DNA of 62,950 nucleotides, counting the filler, from Platydemus manokwari (lineage: Eukaryota): NCBI GenBank assembly GCA_037951405.1. It is 6 parts of 6 records of this genome, joined end to end, with 100 filler letters (N's around TTAATTAATTAA, not from the genome) between each part and the next. Parts side by side here need not be neighbours in the genome. Positions count along the whole stretch, not along the records: positions 28,313 to 43,132 come from JBBMOY011385869.1; positions 43,233 to 53,416 come from JBBMOY011160327.1; 4 more parts are not named here. One strand, 5' to 3'. The translations under genes and the position numbers were made by a program. This document shows positions 39,751 through 50,768 of this stretch, piece by piece (within the stretch, counting starts at the first letter, position 1; each line of letters opens with the position of its first letter). The notes below the pieces were generated by a model. It ran no database searches, was not told the origin of the DNA, and was given only the letters and a program-made list of their open reading frames with translations.

Positions 39751-39980
39751 GGCTTAAGTTAAGAAAATGGTCCTTTTGACCTATTTTCATAATAATGGAT
39801 TTTCGAGCATGAGATAATTTCATAACTAAATTTTATATATAATTGCAATGTTTGATTTATTCGTATAATTCAGTTAATATCTCACTTTTTACGATACCTA
39901 ATAGTGATAAAACATAGTTTTAAAACCAAATTCCCATTCTAATCACAACATTTTAGGACCCATTTTGTTTAACTTTAGCC
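39751..39980. mobile_element. 230-bp MITE with imperfect ~25-bp TIRs
   Basis: Left end ggcttaagttaagaaaatggtcct, right end aggacccattttgtttaactttagcc. The same TIR occurs at 8883 and 9141, and an inverted internal copy at 10300-10506. Confidence 0.75.
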
Positions 39981-40947
39981 TAGTGAATAATATAAACTAA
40001 CGAAAAGCACTTATAACAAGATATTATATTTTCAAAAAAATTGTGATGAACTATGTCAACGGTTAACCAAACATCTAATCCGAATTATTGTTTAGATTTC
40101 GAACAATGATATATATATACATATTCATTTTTATAGTAATTCAAATTTAAGTGGAGGTGAGTACAACAACTTTTGACAAGAAATGTAACGCATTTTAAAC
40201 TTATCTAAAATCTCGACAACTTATTATATGGTAAGGTTAAATGAGTTATTTTAAAAATTAGATGACAGATAATTGCCAAGCGTATCTGAGTTCATATCAA
40301 TAGATTTCCAAAATGATTTCTCTGATCTTTTCTACAAAATTCAACAATAAAAAATACATTAAAAAAATGCTTTTAATTTCCAATCCATTGATTTGTGAAA
40401 TGGCTCTTCTCTTTTACATTTGATCTTTCCACACACGCATACACGCATATATATTACGGATAGATAGATATCTTCTGAAATATTTTTATTTCCTATTTTC
40501 TATCCACTTGAAATTGATGATTTTTCATTTCAAATTAAATTTGCTAATTTGTTCGGATTTCAATGGCTGTTAGATGTGAAAATATTTCATCCAACTCATT
40601 CCAAAACAGTGGCAAAATCTCATTCATATATTCAATATCGATATTACTCTAACACGTGAAGAAAAATAAATCGAAAAAGTAATTAATTACTACACAAATG
40701 AATTGTTTGTTTGATATTAGAAATTGATTGAATGCAATTTTTATATTTCAAAATAATAATTTAATAAAAAAAAATCAATGAATCAATAATCTGAATATAT
40801 AAATATACTGTAAAATCCCGAAAATAAAAGCAGCTTATAATTGTTATTTTACAGTGTATATAATTGTGGCGATTGTGAATGTCATATGAGAGGACTAACC
40901 AATACATGTCATATCATCGAGCGCAGAAAACATCACTCAATACTAAC

Positions 40948-42779
40948 TATCTGTGCACAACCATAATAGGTAATGGATGTTTAAAATAGCACTGAAATTT
41001 ATTAAATTTGTTGGATAATCGTAAATTAGTTCTATCAATAAAATTACTCTACTTCTCTATCGAAAATCATTTTATATATAAAGAATTATAGATTATTATT
41101 TCCAAAAATCGACAAACCCACCAATAATATCGAACAGATTTGCTCGGAAATCGAGACTTAACTTCATTTCAAAAGTATAACTGTCATAAGCATACAAAGT
41201 TCCGACTTGACTCATACTGATCCACATCAATTCCGAATCCTGAGACGCACATATGGATTCTATGCGACATAGATGTTCTTCACCCAAATGGCCGTTAATG
41301 TGGAAACTGGCAAAATGAGCGACAACAAAATAATTAATTCCAAAAATGATTCAAAAAACACCTGCTGATTAATTTCAATTTCGAAACACCGATCACATAA
41401 CATTGCTGATCTGAACCGAACCAAATCGATTCCGACTGCCTATGACCGACCAACGCTGATATCGGACTGCTGTGTGACATTTCAACGACCAAACATTGCT
41501 GGACTTCCCAACTGTTTTGACAAGGTTTTAGATCGAATACACACAAGCAACCATCGGTTTGAGCAATAATCACTCGACCTTGGCAATATCTATCGTAACA
41601 TTCAATAAATGATAACTCTACGAATTTCCATATAAAAAACCTCATTGTCGAAACTGATCCTGGAAGAAATATGGTCGCTAGTCGTCCATCGTAAATATTA
41701 TTTACAGTAACGGAATAGATTACAATGATTCCATCATCGTAATTGATCCATAGAGTTTGGTATGTAATATCGGTGATATTTTGTTTCACTACAAAAAACC
41801 AGTATTTATTCCATAGAAAAATAGTTATTAAACATATACCTTTGGCTCTGGTATTATGGACTCGGCTTACTTTTACATTATCGGAGATAGTGGAACTGGG
41901 TCTCTTCGTTGGTGAGGGAGCAGGGGATATTACATTATCTTCTGTGAGCATGTTTCGATCATTTAAAACTTGAGATATTTCTAAACCAAATAAAAATTCC
42001 TAAACACGAATTTGATGTAATGAGAGATGATGCGTTGAATTATCACTCTGCTTCTTCTCACTATAATTGTTTATGGATTGATAATTTCTATTATACAACC
42101 ACACTGACATATTATATTACGATCTCATAAAGAATCAATTTGTCTGCAACCAGATTAATTTGTATTGTGTTATACCGTGGTAAGAAAAAATCAGAAAATA
42201 TTGTGTTGTTCGATATATGGGTCAGTTGATTAAATCTCATACAGAAATAGTATTATGGATCAGGAATTGCTTTTTATTTACTTTTTATTTACTGTTTTTG
42301 TCAGTCAACACAGAATATAATAAAATACCAAGCCAAAAATTATAACAAAGACAATCTGAATGTGGAAATGTTTTATTTCCATCCAAGGATTGAATATATC
42401 GAGGACTTTATCGTGCTATATATATGTGTGTGTGTGAGTGTGTGTATGTGTATACATAATATCATATCAATCGTGACATTACCATGGAAAACGTTATCGA
42501 AAATAGTCAAAAAATAATAAACAGATACTCACTTGGTACAGCTAAAATATTCAACGGCCTTTTCGATATTTTCAAATACGAAATCGTATTGGGGGTTATT
42601 TCATGTCTACTGGTTAATGAAAACTGTGCCAAATAATAAGCATTGCCATCACGAACTGGTCGTTCAACAATGATCCACAAAAATTGATCGGCATTTTCCT
42701 ATGGAGAATATTAAAGAATTTTCCAATAACGCCTAATTATCTCACTAACCAATGATGGCGATTTTGTGACGCAGATTAT
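40948..42779 (-). CDS. ARHGEF17/ARHGEF10-like (JIP3/4-related) C-terminal WD40-like beta-propeller, partial (7 exons)
   Basis: Exons 42779-42750, 42698-42533, 41980-41840, 41788-41641, 41589-41362, 41306-41122 and 41031-40948 are all GT-AG and phase-compatible. The product FLWIIV...RPLNILAVP...TLWINYDDGIIVIYS...LPGSVSTMRYCQGRVIIAQTDGCLCVF...SSPISALV...IWFGSDQQCYVI...MWISMSQVGTLYAYDSYTFE...FSAILNIHYLLWLCTD parallels ARHGEF17 (VWVC...RILCIGAVP...VWLGTEDG...VFVSLANGELVVY...SPITKM...LWCG...VWVTL...TFE...ITALL...LLWVGT). Both ends unresolved. Confidence 0.8.
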
Positions 42780-43132
42780 CTAAACATATGAATAAACAAT
42801 AAATACATATATATCATATCAATACAATAAATTAAATAAAACAAATTCATAAATTAAAACAAAAAGTTTAGTTTTGCTAAATTTTATAATAAAGTGCATG
42901 CCAAAGCATCTAAAATTCGATAGTAATAATAATGATATTGATTTAGTCCTAAATACACAATATTATATAATTTTTAAAGAATTTAATTAATTAATCAATA
43001 TAAAATCAATATTACAAAAAATCATTCCTATCTTCTCAACAATAAGCAATGAATTTGTCATTGAAGTGTGCGTTCACAATATTTTGAGTGTAAATAAAAA
43101 TAAATATAAAAATAATGTAATCAAAATATATT

Positions 43133-43232
43133 NNNNNNNNNNNNNNNNNNNNNNNNNNNNNNNNNNNNNNNNNNNNTTAATTAATTAANNNNNNNNNNNN
43201 NNNNNNNNNNNNNNNNNNNNNNNNNNNNNNNN
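43133..43232. other. Assembly gap spacer
   Basis: N44-TTAATTAATTAA-N44. Confidence 0.97.
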
Positions 43233-43672
43233 TAAAACAACAAAACACAATATAATTTATACTCACATATTTATATTCATTGATATTAATTATTATTCAC
43301 TGATTAATGCACTTTATTCCTTATTTCGTATTAATCAGTTGCTTAATTACGATATGGAGGAAGCAGCTGAACTGTTTATTTTAGTTTTAGAGACGGGGTC
43401 TTATGAATCGCGCGGTATAATTCTTAAAAATCCAATTAAATAAAATATAAATCAATAATTTTTGTGTTCCCATTCAATTCTTTGAAGAAAAATCCCAAAA
43501 AAATATCGAAGGTAGAGGAGAATATGTCGAGAATATAGAATATATCGAAAGATTATAGAAGATAAAGAATACAGATATAGATAAATAATTATATAGAGAA
43601 TGCATCTAGAGCACATAGTTCAGTGGTAACTAATATAGATTGTGAATCAGGTGACAAAAGGTTCATTTATAC

Positions 43673-44012
43673 CATGAATTTCCAAAGTGGGAGTTGCAAG
43701 GATCCAGAGGGTCGGCGGTGAATACAACCTCATTTGGGAGCGATAATACAATAAGAATTTGAGAAAATGATTACTAAAATTTGGAGGCTCAAAACGTTTA
43801 ATTTTTCTTTAAACAACGTACTATAAGTTCTCACTAATTTTTATTGACTTATGTATAATCGCGCACTCAATGCTACAAGATAGTAACATTAAGATTTCTT
43901 TATAAATTGGTAGTAAAAGTTTTTAAAAAATGGGTCTGGGTTAGTTTGGGGGAGCTAAGTATTATTAATTCTGAAAAGAGGGCGGTACGCCCGAAAAGTT
44001 TGGGAATCACTG
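43673..44012 (+). mobile_element. Non-autonomous Buster/Charlie hAT derivative (~340 bp) of the 15727 element
   Basis: 43682-43876 aligns with 15736-15942 (ccaaagtggg...ggatccagaggg...taatcgcgcactcaatgctac). Right TIR tttgggaatcactg. Flanks attTAtac and ataTAtcc form a decayed 8-bp nnnTAnnn TSD. Confidence 0.85.
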
Positions 44013-47000
44013 ATATATCCCAATGAGCTTGAAGCCCTAACGTAAACAGATAAGCAGATAACCTAAAATAAATACTAAGCTGTTCTATTCGGTGGTTTTC
44101 AGATTTTCATAGCGATCGATATAATATATCTTCTTAATTCCTTCAGTGGTTATCATCAATATTAATTATTATTAATTATTACTGATAATATCATTATCAA
44201 TAATTTAAACCATCTTTAAAAAGATTATTTTATTCAGATATAATCATATTATTATATTTTATTTAATTATTTAATAATAATTATTATTATTTTAATGGTT
44301 GTCACATTATTTATTTATCGGAACAATTCATAAACTGAAACCAAAAGCAATTTCACCAGCCAATGCCCACCCCGAAAATAATCACCATCAATGTCCAGAT
44401 AAGAATGGAAAATAAAGCCATCAATATGTGAATGTTAAATGGAAAAAAATCCCGAAAATTGGGATCGTTAAAAGAAAATTTTCAATCCCACTGTTGTTGA
44501 GTTACCCATTCCCAGATTTGTCATAAAACTCTTTTTATGAATCTTATACACAAGAGTGGAAATGTTCTCGAAAGCGAGAACATTTCAGTCCCGTCACACA
44601 TACACGCACACTGACATATGTGAGGAATCAATACAAATAAATAAATCCAAATTTATGTGGAATCATTAATAATTCATTTCCAGTCTGTTCAGAGCACTTA
44701 ATGAATTCACGACTTGATTATTAATTTCGCCTCACTTTCTTAACTCGGTTTCTCTATTTTTCCCTCTCTCTCCCTCCCTATTGTTTATACCTCCCTCTCT
44801 ATCCATCTCTCTTTCTCTCTATCTTGTTCGCTGCTGCTTGTATTCAGTTGTCGTTATTTTCAGTTTACAATATGCACACCTTTAATGACAAGAAATTTAA
44901 TTAATATATAATTGTGTTTCATCGCAAAAATCTTATTTAATATGGCTGAAATCGCGGAGTTTAATTCAAATGATTTGCGTCTGCAGCTGAGTAGTAGCCG
45001 AATATTTAGATTCACCTTTTTATGCCTGACTAGAAGACGATTACGATCATACAGTGACTTACATTGGGTCATTGTATTCTTCATTTAGAGTGGACTATTT
45101 ACTGTTCTCATTAATTTACAAACGCAATTTTATATGTAGTACGTCGTAGAGTTAGTTAATTATAGCTATTAGTAGCATGAAAATAATAATAGAGTACAAT
45201 AAACTTCACCGATTAAGAACTGGAAATATTACACTGTATCGACAGATTCTAACGACATTACTATTTATCCTCAGATTTGTAATAAAAAATTATAATTGTT
45301 TCTGACTCCAAATCCCTTAAGCGATTAAGATTGCAAATCCTGTCGAGCGATAAACGATTTTGGTATAACTAATAGATTGCTCTTTTTTACGAAAAACTAA
45401 TCCAGAAGGTTGAAAAAATGTTTTATTAAATTTAAGACGCCATTATGTGTTATCAATTATTAAGATTTATTATTAGGGGATGCTGTCGGAATTGGTTAGA
45501 ATTGGTTTTTTTACAGACCGTATTAGCCGAATTCCTATAATTCAATTGTGGGATCAAATTATCTTCATTAAAGTTGTGTATTTAAAGAATATTCGATCAG
45601 TGAGAAACTTGATACTGCAAAAACTTTGGTTTCGGATTCTGTATAATGGCCGAAAATTATTTGATGTGTGATAGAAATATTTGGTAAAGCCAATTAAGGA
45701 GTCGAATATCCTTATTTGAAAGATCTTTCATATGGAAAAACGTGAATTACATTACAGATACGATGATTAGTTTTTCAATCGTTATGTCTGTATTGGTACA
45801 ACAGAAATAATTCATTTCCGACTCCAGCCTGATAGCAAAATAATTTCATGAAAGTAATAAATACCAATCATCTTATATTAGGAAGACTAAAATACTGGTT
45901 GTCAATGATTTTTGCCTGAACTTTTCGTCGAGGTATACTATTGAATATACTAGATGAGATTATGTTTGTAAATCTCAATCTATTTTAAATCCTCACATCC
46001 ACCTTTCTTTAAAATCATTAATTTTCTCGGAATTCTTAATTATCTCTACATAAAATCCACTAAATTAAATTTTCTATATTTAAATTTCTATTTCTTCTCT
46101 ACTTTATATCATTTCTATATTTTCTTAATATCGTTACTTTTCTTCTTTATATATTATAAATAACTTCGCGAAATCTTCTTTACATCTTCTCTATGTCTTC
46201 CTTATCTTCAATACTTCCATTGCCCTAGACATTATCAGAATTGAATCGAAATGCGTGATCACCATTTAAGCTGCTACTATTTTATAAAGCTCACATTGAA
46301 CACGGACTGAATGTCACTTGTTGGACAAGAGCCAACCATTAACGAGTGGAATATCCACAGTCATATGACAATATAGATATTCATGTAGACATACTACTAC
46401 AATAGTAAATCACGCATGCTAGTAAACCTAATCATCCATTGTGTAACCCAATAATAGTGAATATAATCTCAGTAAAATGAATTCAAATACAAAACCTAAA
46501 CAATCACCGAGATATCTCTATTGAATGCAATTTTGCGACAATTTGTTCAATCCACTTTGAATACAAGCAACTTAAGCCCAGGGAAAAATATATTTGAGGT
46601 TTTCATTCTATCATTCGTTCTACATCATTTGTTAAAAATCGATCATCGAATGCCTGATTGTTGAGAGTGTCGGTGAAGCGAAATCTTATATATTTTTCTT
46701 TTTATAATATCATCGATTTTCGTACAAAATGGATCATTTTTTGATCTCTTGTTCTTTTTAATCGAATTATTAAAAGAAATTTTTTGTTTTTTCCCACTGG
46801 TTTGTATTAGAATACGCATAATAATAATGGAGAAATTTATCTTCTTTGATTTCGTTAGTTAGATTGGGTGTGTGTGTGTGTGTGCCAGTTTCTGTGCGTG
46901 GGTGGGGTGGGGTTTAAAGTGATATGAATGAATTTTAAGACAATCGACTCAGGTAGTTCATTGATAAACAGGTTTAGTTGCGATTGAGACCCAAGACATC

Positions 47001-47944
47001 ATTGATCCTCCGTTGTGAAGGGTTCATTTGTTCTTAGCAAATCGAAACTTTCGGATTTAAACTCGCTCACCTCCGAAACACAGGTTCAGGTTGTAATTCA
47101 TGACCACACTTAACATTCATCGGTCTCAAATTTTAAAAACCTGAAATAAATCTGAACAAATCATTTCTTAACGGATTAACCATGATATCGCCTTGATCAA
47201 TTTCCATTTTCAGCACAACTGAAAAATGTATCCAAGATATTCCGTGAATAGAAACTGATAGAAGTACGGTTTTGTTGTCAAAAAATATAAACGACTCAAC
47301 ATCTATGTATGATTTATAATTTGTAAATAAATTTTCTCATTCAGCGCGGATTTCTATTTGAGATGTCAGTTGTTTCTCGGTAGACGGTGTGTTTTCATCA
47401 CAAGATTACTAAAAACATATCTCTCCCTCAATTGAATCACCTATTCATGAGTTTTCCATTAAATTAATTCATATTAATAGAGCGCATTTTGTGTATGAAG
47501 AAAGATGATGAGAAAATGTTTTTGTATATCTTTCAACTTCAAGTAGGAACTTTAAAGATTTTTTATTATGCTTTCAATGTATTACAGACTTCATTTATTG
47601 ATATACGTTACATGTCTGATCTGTAGTTTTGTACTATTAATTGTTCGAAAAAGATATTTTCTCTATCATTTTGTATTCTTGAAAATAAGATAGCCTGAAT
47701 TATAAAAGGAATTATAGAAAGCTAATCGATGAAATATCAGCGAAATAAACCTATAACAAACTCGAAAAGCCTGTCGGATTGCGTTGGATATCTTAAAAAT
47801 AAGTAATGAGAGACTACGTTTGAGTACGTGTCAAGAAAACACTAATCCTTTCCATCTAGCTTATTATCTATATAATTACTTATTAGATTCGTGTTCAGTA
47901 TGATTTCATATAACCTTTCTATATGTGTTTTTATGTACTTATCT

Positions 47945-47986
47945 ATATAATAATAATAATAATAATTATTATTATTATTATTATAG
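47945..47986. repeat. (TAA)n/(TTA)n inverted microsatellite
   Basis: taataataat...attattatta, palindromic. Confidence 0.8.
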
Positions 47987-48023
47987 GTTTAATAATGATA
48001 AGTGTTAAAAACCTTAATTCACA

Positions 48024-50768
48024 TTAGGAAATACTTACTTTGGACGTTTCGGATTTAAGTTCTTGTAGACTGTAACTGGCAGGGTTGTAATGCATATTTG
48101 CTGTTCCATACCACAAATTATTCACCGGCGAATACATCACATCCGCCCATCGATTGTCATTACCACTGAACCCGTCCAAACCTTGACCGATTGCCATTTC
48201 GGAAGATTTGTATTTTCCTCTTTCGCATTGTAATTTCACCGATCTTCGTTTCATGAACATCAGAAAAATGAATAATCCCAAAAGAACGACACCACCCATG
48301 GTCACCATAGCAATAACAATCACTACACGAAATTGGTCGTCTGAAAAGTTAATGACCGTGGAAAATGCAGATTTGGAAGAAACATAAAGCTTGATCTTTA
48401 TTTCAGTGGACAGGTTTGGCTCACCATTATCATTGGCTAGCAACTTTATCACGTAATTACCTTCTCCGATACTATGTTTTGTCCTTATTTCCCCACTCTG
48501 GGAGTCGATATAAATGAAATCGTTGCCTTCTGTGACATGGTACGTGATATTTGCATTTGCAAGCGAATCTGGATCTATTGCCTGGGCGATAATTATTCTT
48601 TGGTCTGGAGCTAGAACTGTTGAGGTATTGATATTGGAAGAATCGGAAGTTGGATGAACCCATTTAGGTGAATTATCATTGGCATCCAAAACCCTGACTG
48701 TGATTGGTTCGACGCTACTCAGTTTAGGTTGGCCTTGATCGCATACCAAAATAAAAATCGTATAAAATTCAATATATTCTCTATCCAATGGTTTGTGCAA
48801 AGTGATGTTACCTGATATTTCATCGATAGCAAAAAGATCTGAAAAATTTCCGTTGACATCTCCCAAAGGCAGTATTGATAATGATTTTCCGAGAACATTT
48901 TGAATATAAAATTTTACCGTACCATTCTCTCCCAAATCAGCGTCTTCATATTGAAGTTGTGCAAGAAATGTCGGGACTGACTTTTCGTTTTCTTTGACCT
49001 CAACTCTAGGAGTATTTATGATTCCAGGAGGGTTGTCATTGACATCGGTTATGGTTATTGATACAGTTGTGGAAGCGGTTTTAACTCTGGGTTCCCCGGG
49101 ATCTATTGCCAGAACAACGATTTCTATCTTGTCCTTCTTTTCTCTATCCAGGCTCTTGGCGGTTCTTAAATAACCCAATACTGGATCTATTGTGAATAAA
49201 GCTTCGGTTTTGGGAGCAATCTCATAAATTAACTGTGCCGTAGCATCGTCATCAGTCGCTTGAAGTTGTAACAATAATAGTCCATTGGTACTATTTTCAG
49301 CCACCTCTATAGAATAAAGCGACTTTTTAAATTTAGGAGAAAATTCGTTAACATCTTGAATTTTGACGGTTATTTCTTCTTCTGTTGTGAGTTGTGGCGT
49401 TCCTTTATCAGCGCAAAACATTCGAACCAAAAAGTGGCTCTCAATCTCGCGATCGAAGACACGTTTGGGCTGCAGTGTATATATATCGCGTCCTTTAACT
49501 GTTTGTGAATTAGAGAGTTTGAAGCTATCTCCACCTACTGTTAATCTGCAGTTTACCTCCGCATTAATACCTATGTCTCCGTCAGATACCCAAATTATAG
49601 CGAAATGGGACATGGACGTCTGGTTTTCTTTGACATTGAATTCTTTTTTGTTGGGTCCCAAAGAATTAATGTTGATTATTGGTCGCTGATTGTTGATATC
49701 TTTCAAATGTACGAAAACCGTCGTATAACCGACTTTTGGAACGCTTCCACCATCTGATGCCTCGATATTCAACGAGAAATCTTGAGCAATATTCTTTGAA
49801 TTGAGTATTCTCTGTAATTTAATCTCCCCGGTGTAAGTACTGATATAGAAATAAGACAACACGGTCGGGTCTTGAACCTGTCCGAAACGATATCGAACCT
49901 GCCCAAATAAACCCGAATCAATATCAACTGCTGTCACGTTTGCTACCACTTCGCCAACCATTGTATTCTCCATAATTGTTACTTTGTATTCCTTTTGAAG
50001 GAACACCGGCTGGTTATCATTAATGTCTAATACTGAAATTGCCAATGTCTGGTTGCCACACAATGGTGGAGAACCACAATCACATGCAATGAGAGTGGTT
50101 TTATAGTTCACTTGTGTTTCATAATCTAGAGAATTAGTTACAATGAGATAGAGAAGATTGGAAAAAATAATATTAAAAGTATCATTGTAGCCATGCATGG
50201 AATACGTACAGACACTGTTTGGCTCGACATCCGGATCGGAAGCAGTTCGTAAAGATATTCGATAACCTTTTTGAACGGCTTCACTAATTTGAACCTGGTA
50301 GTAATTTTCCGCAAATTTCGGTTGATGATCATTGATGTCTTGAATCGTTATTATCACATTGATCCAATAATCGGCCGGAATAAAAACCGTCAGTTCGATT
50401 TGACAACGATCTTGAGCTGTGAAACTTGCATGACAGATTTGTTCTCGGTCGATTCTTTGAGCAATGCACAATTTGCCCGTATGTTCTTCCAATGAGAAGT
50501 ATTTCATTGTTTTCCCATCATCGTAAAGTTTGAACGTCGATTTAGGTTGGATTTTTATTATGTTGGAATCAATATTCAAATTACCGACGAAATTTCCTAT
50601 TTCGGTTTCTTCTTTCACAGCATAGAGAATACTTCGATGGACATCGGTGCCGTAAGACAATTTCAATCCGTTATGAAGAATGATGAAGACAACGAAAAGC
50701 ATTCGACAGTTTAAACTGATTATTTGAGAGATTAGATCCATGGAAATCGTCAGTTGTAGAAAACCCAT
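48024..50768 (-). CDS. Protocadherin, 7 cadherin repeats (delta-1/PCDH1,7,9,11-like architecture), single large exon
   Basis: 914-aa ORF with an N-terminal hydrophobic signal and six Ca-binding linkers (DINDHQP, DINDNQP, DINNQRP, DVNEFSP, DVNDNPP, DANDNSP) defining 7 EC repeats with DRE/DYE and AxDxG motifs. TM helix VVIVIAMVTMGGVVLLGLFIFLMFM followed by KRR. A strong phase-0 donor (AAA|GTAAGT) ends the exon at 48039, so the tail probably continues in downstream exons. Confidence 0.95.
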   Translation of the reverse strand: MGFLQLTISMDLISQIISLNCRMLFVVFIILHNGLKLSYGTDVHRSILYAVKEETEIGNFVGNLNIDSNIIKIQPKSTFKLYDDGKTMKYFSLEEHTGKLCIAQRIDREQICHASFTAQDRCQIELTVFIPADYWINVIITIQDINDHQPKFAENYYQVQISEAVQKGYRISLRTASDPDVEPNSVCTYSMHGYNDTFNIIFSNLLYLIVTNSLDYETQVNYKTTLIACDCGSPPLCGNQTLAISVLDINDNQPVFLQKEYKVTIMENTMVGEVVANVTAVDIDSGLFGQVRYRFGQVQDPTVLSYFYISTYTGEIKLQRILNSKNIAQDFSLNIEASDGGSVPKVGYTTVFVHLKDINNQRPIININSLGPNKKEFNVKENQTSMSHFAIIWVSDGDIGINAEVNCRLTVGGDSFKLSNSQTVKGRDIYTLQPKRVFDREIESHFLVRMFCADKGTPQLTTEEEITVKIQDVNEFSPKFKKSLYSIEVAENSTNGLLLLQLQATDDDATAQLIYEIAPKTEALFTIDPVLGYLRTAKSLDREKKDKIEIVVLAIDPGEPRVKTASTTVSITITDVNDNPPGIINTPRVEVKENEKSVPTFLAQLQYEDADLGENGTVKFYIQNVLGKSLSILPLGDVNGNFSDLFAIDEISGNITLHKPLDREYIEFYTIFILVCDQGQPKLSSVEPITVRVLDANDNSPKWVHPTSDSSNINTSTVLAPDQRIIIAQAIDPDSLANANITYHVTEGNDFIYIDSQSGEIRTKHSIGEGNYVIKLLANDNGEPNLSTEIKIKLYVSSKSAFSTVINFSDDQFRVVIVIAMVTMGGVVLLGLFIFLMFMKRRSVKLQCERGKYKSSEMAIGQGLDGFSGNDNRWADVMYSPVNNLWYGTANMHYNPASYSLQELKSETSKVSIS

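Noticed and set aside
49363-50495. Plus-strand ORFs antisense to the protocadherin (also 25777-26076 and 41743-41973 antisense to other exons)
   Set aside because: Shadow ORFs of real coding exons.
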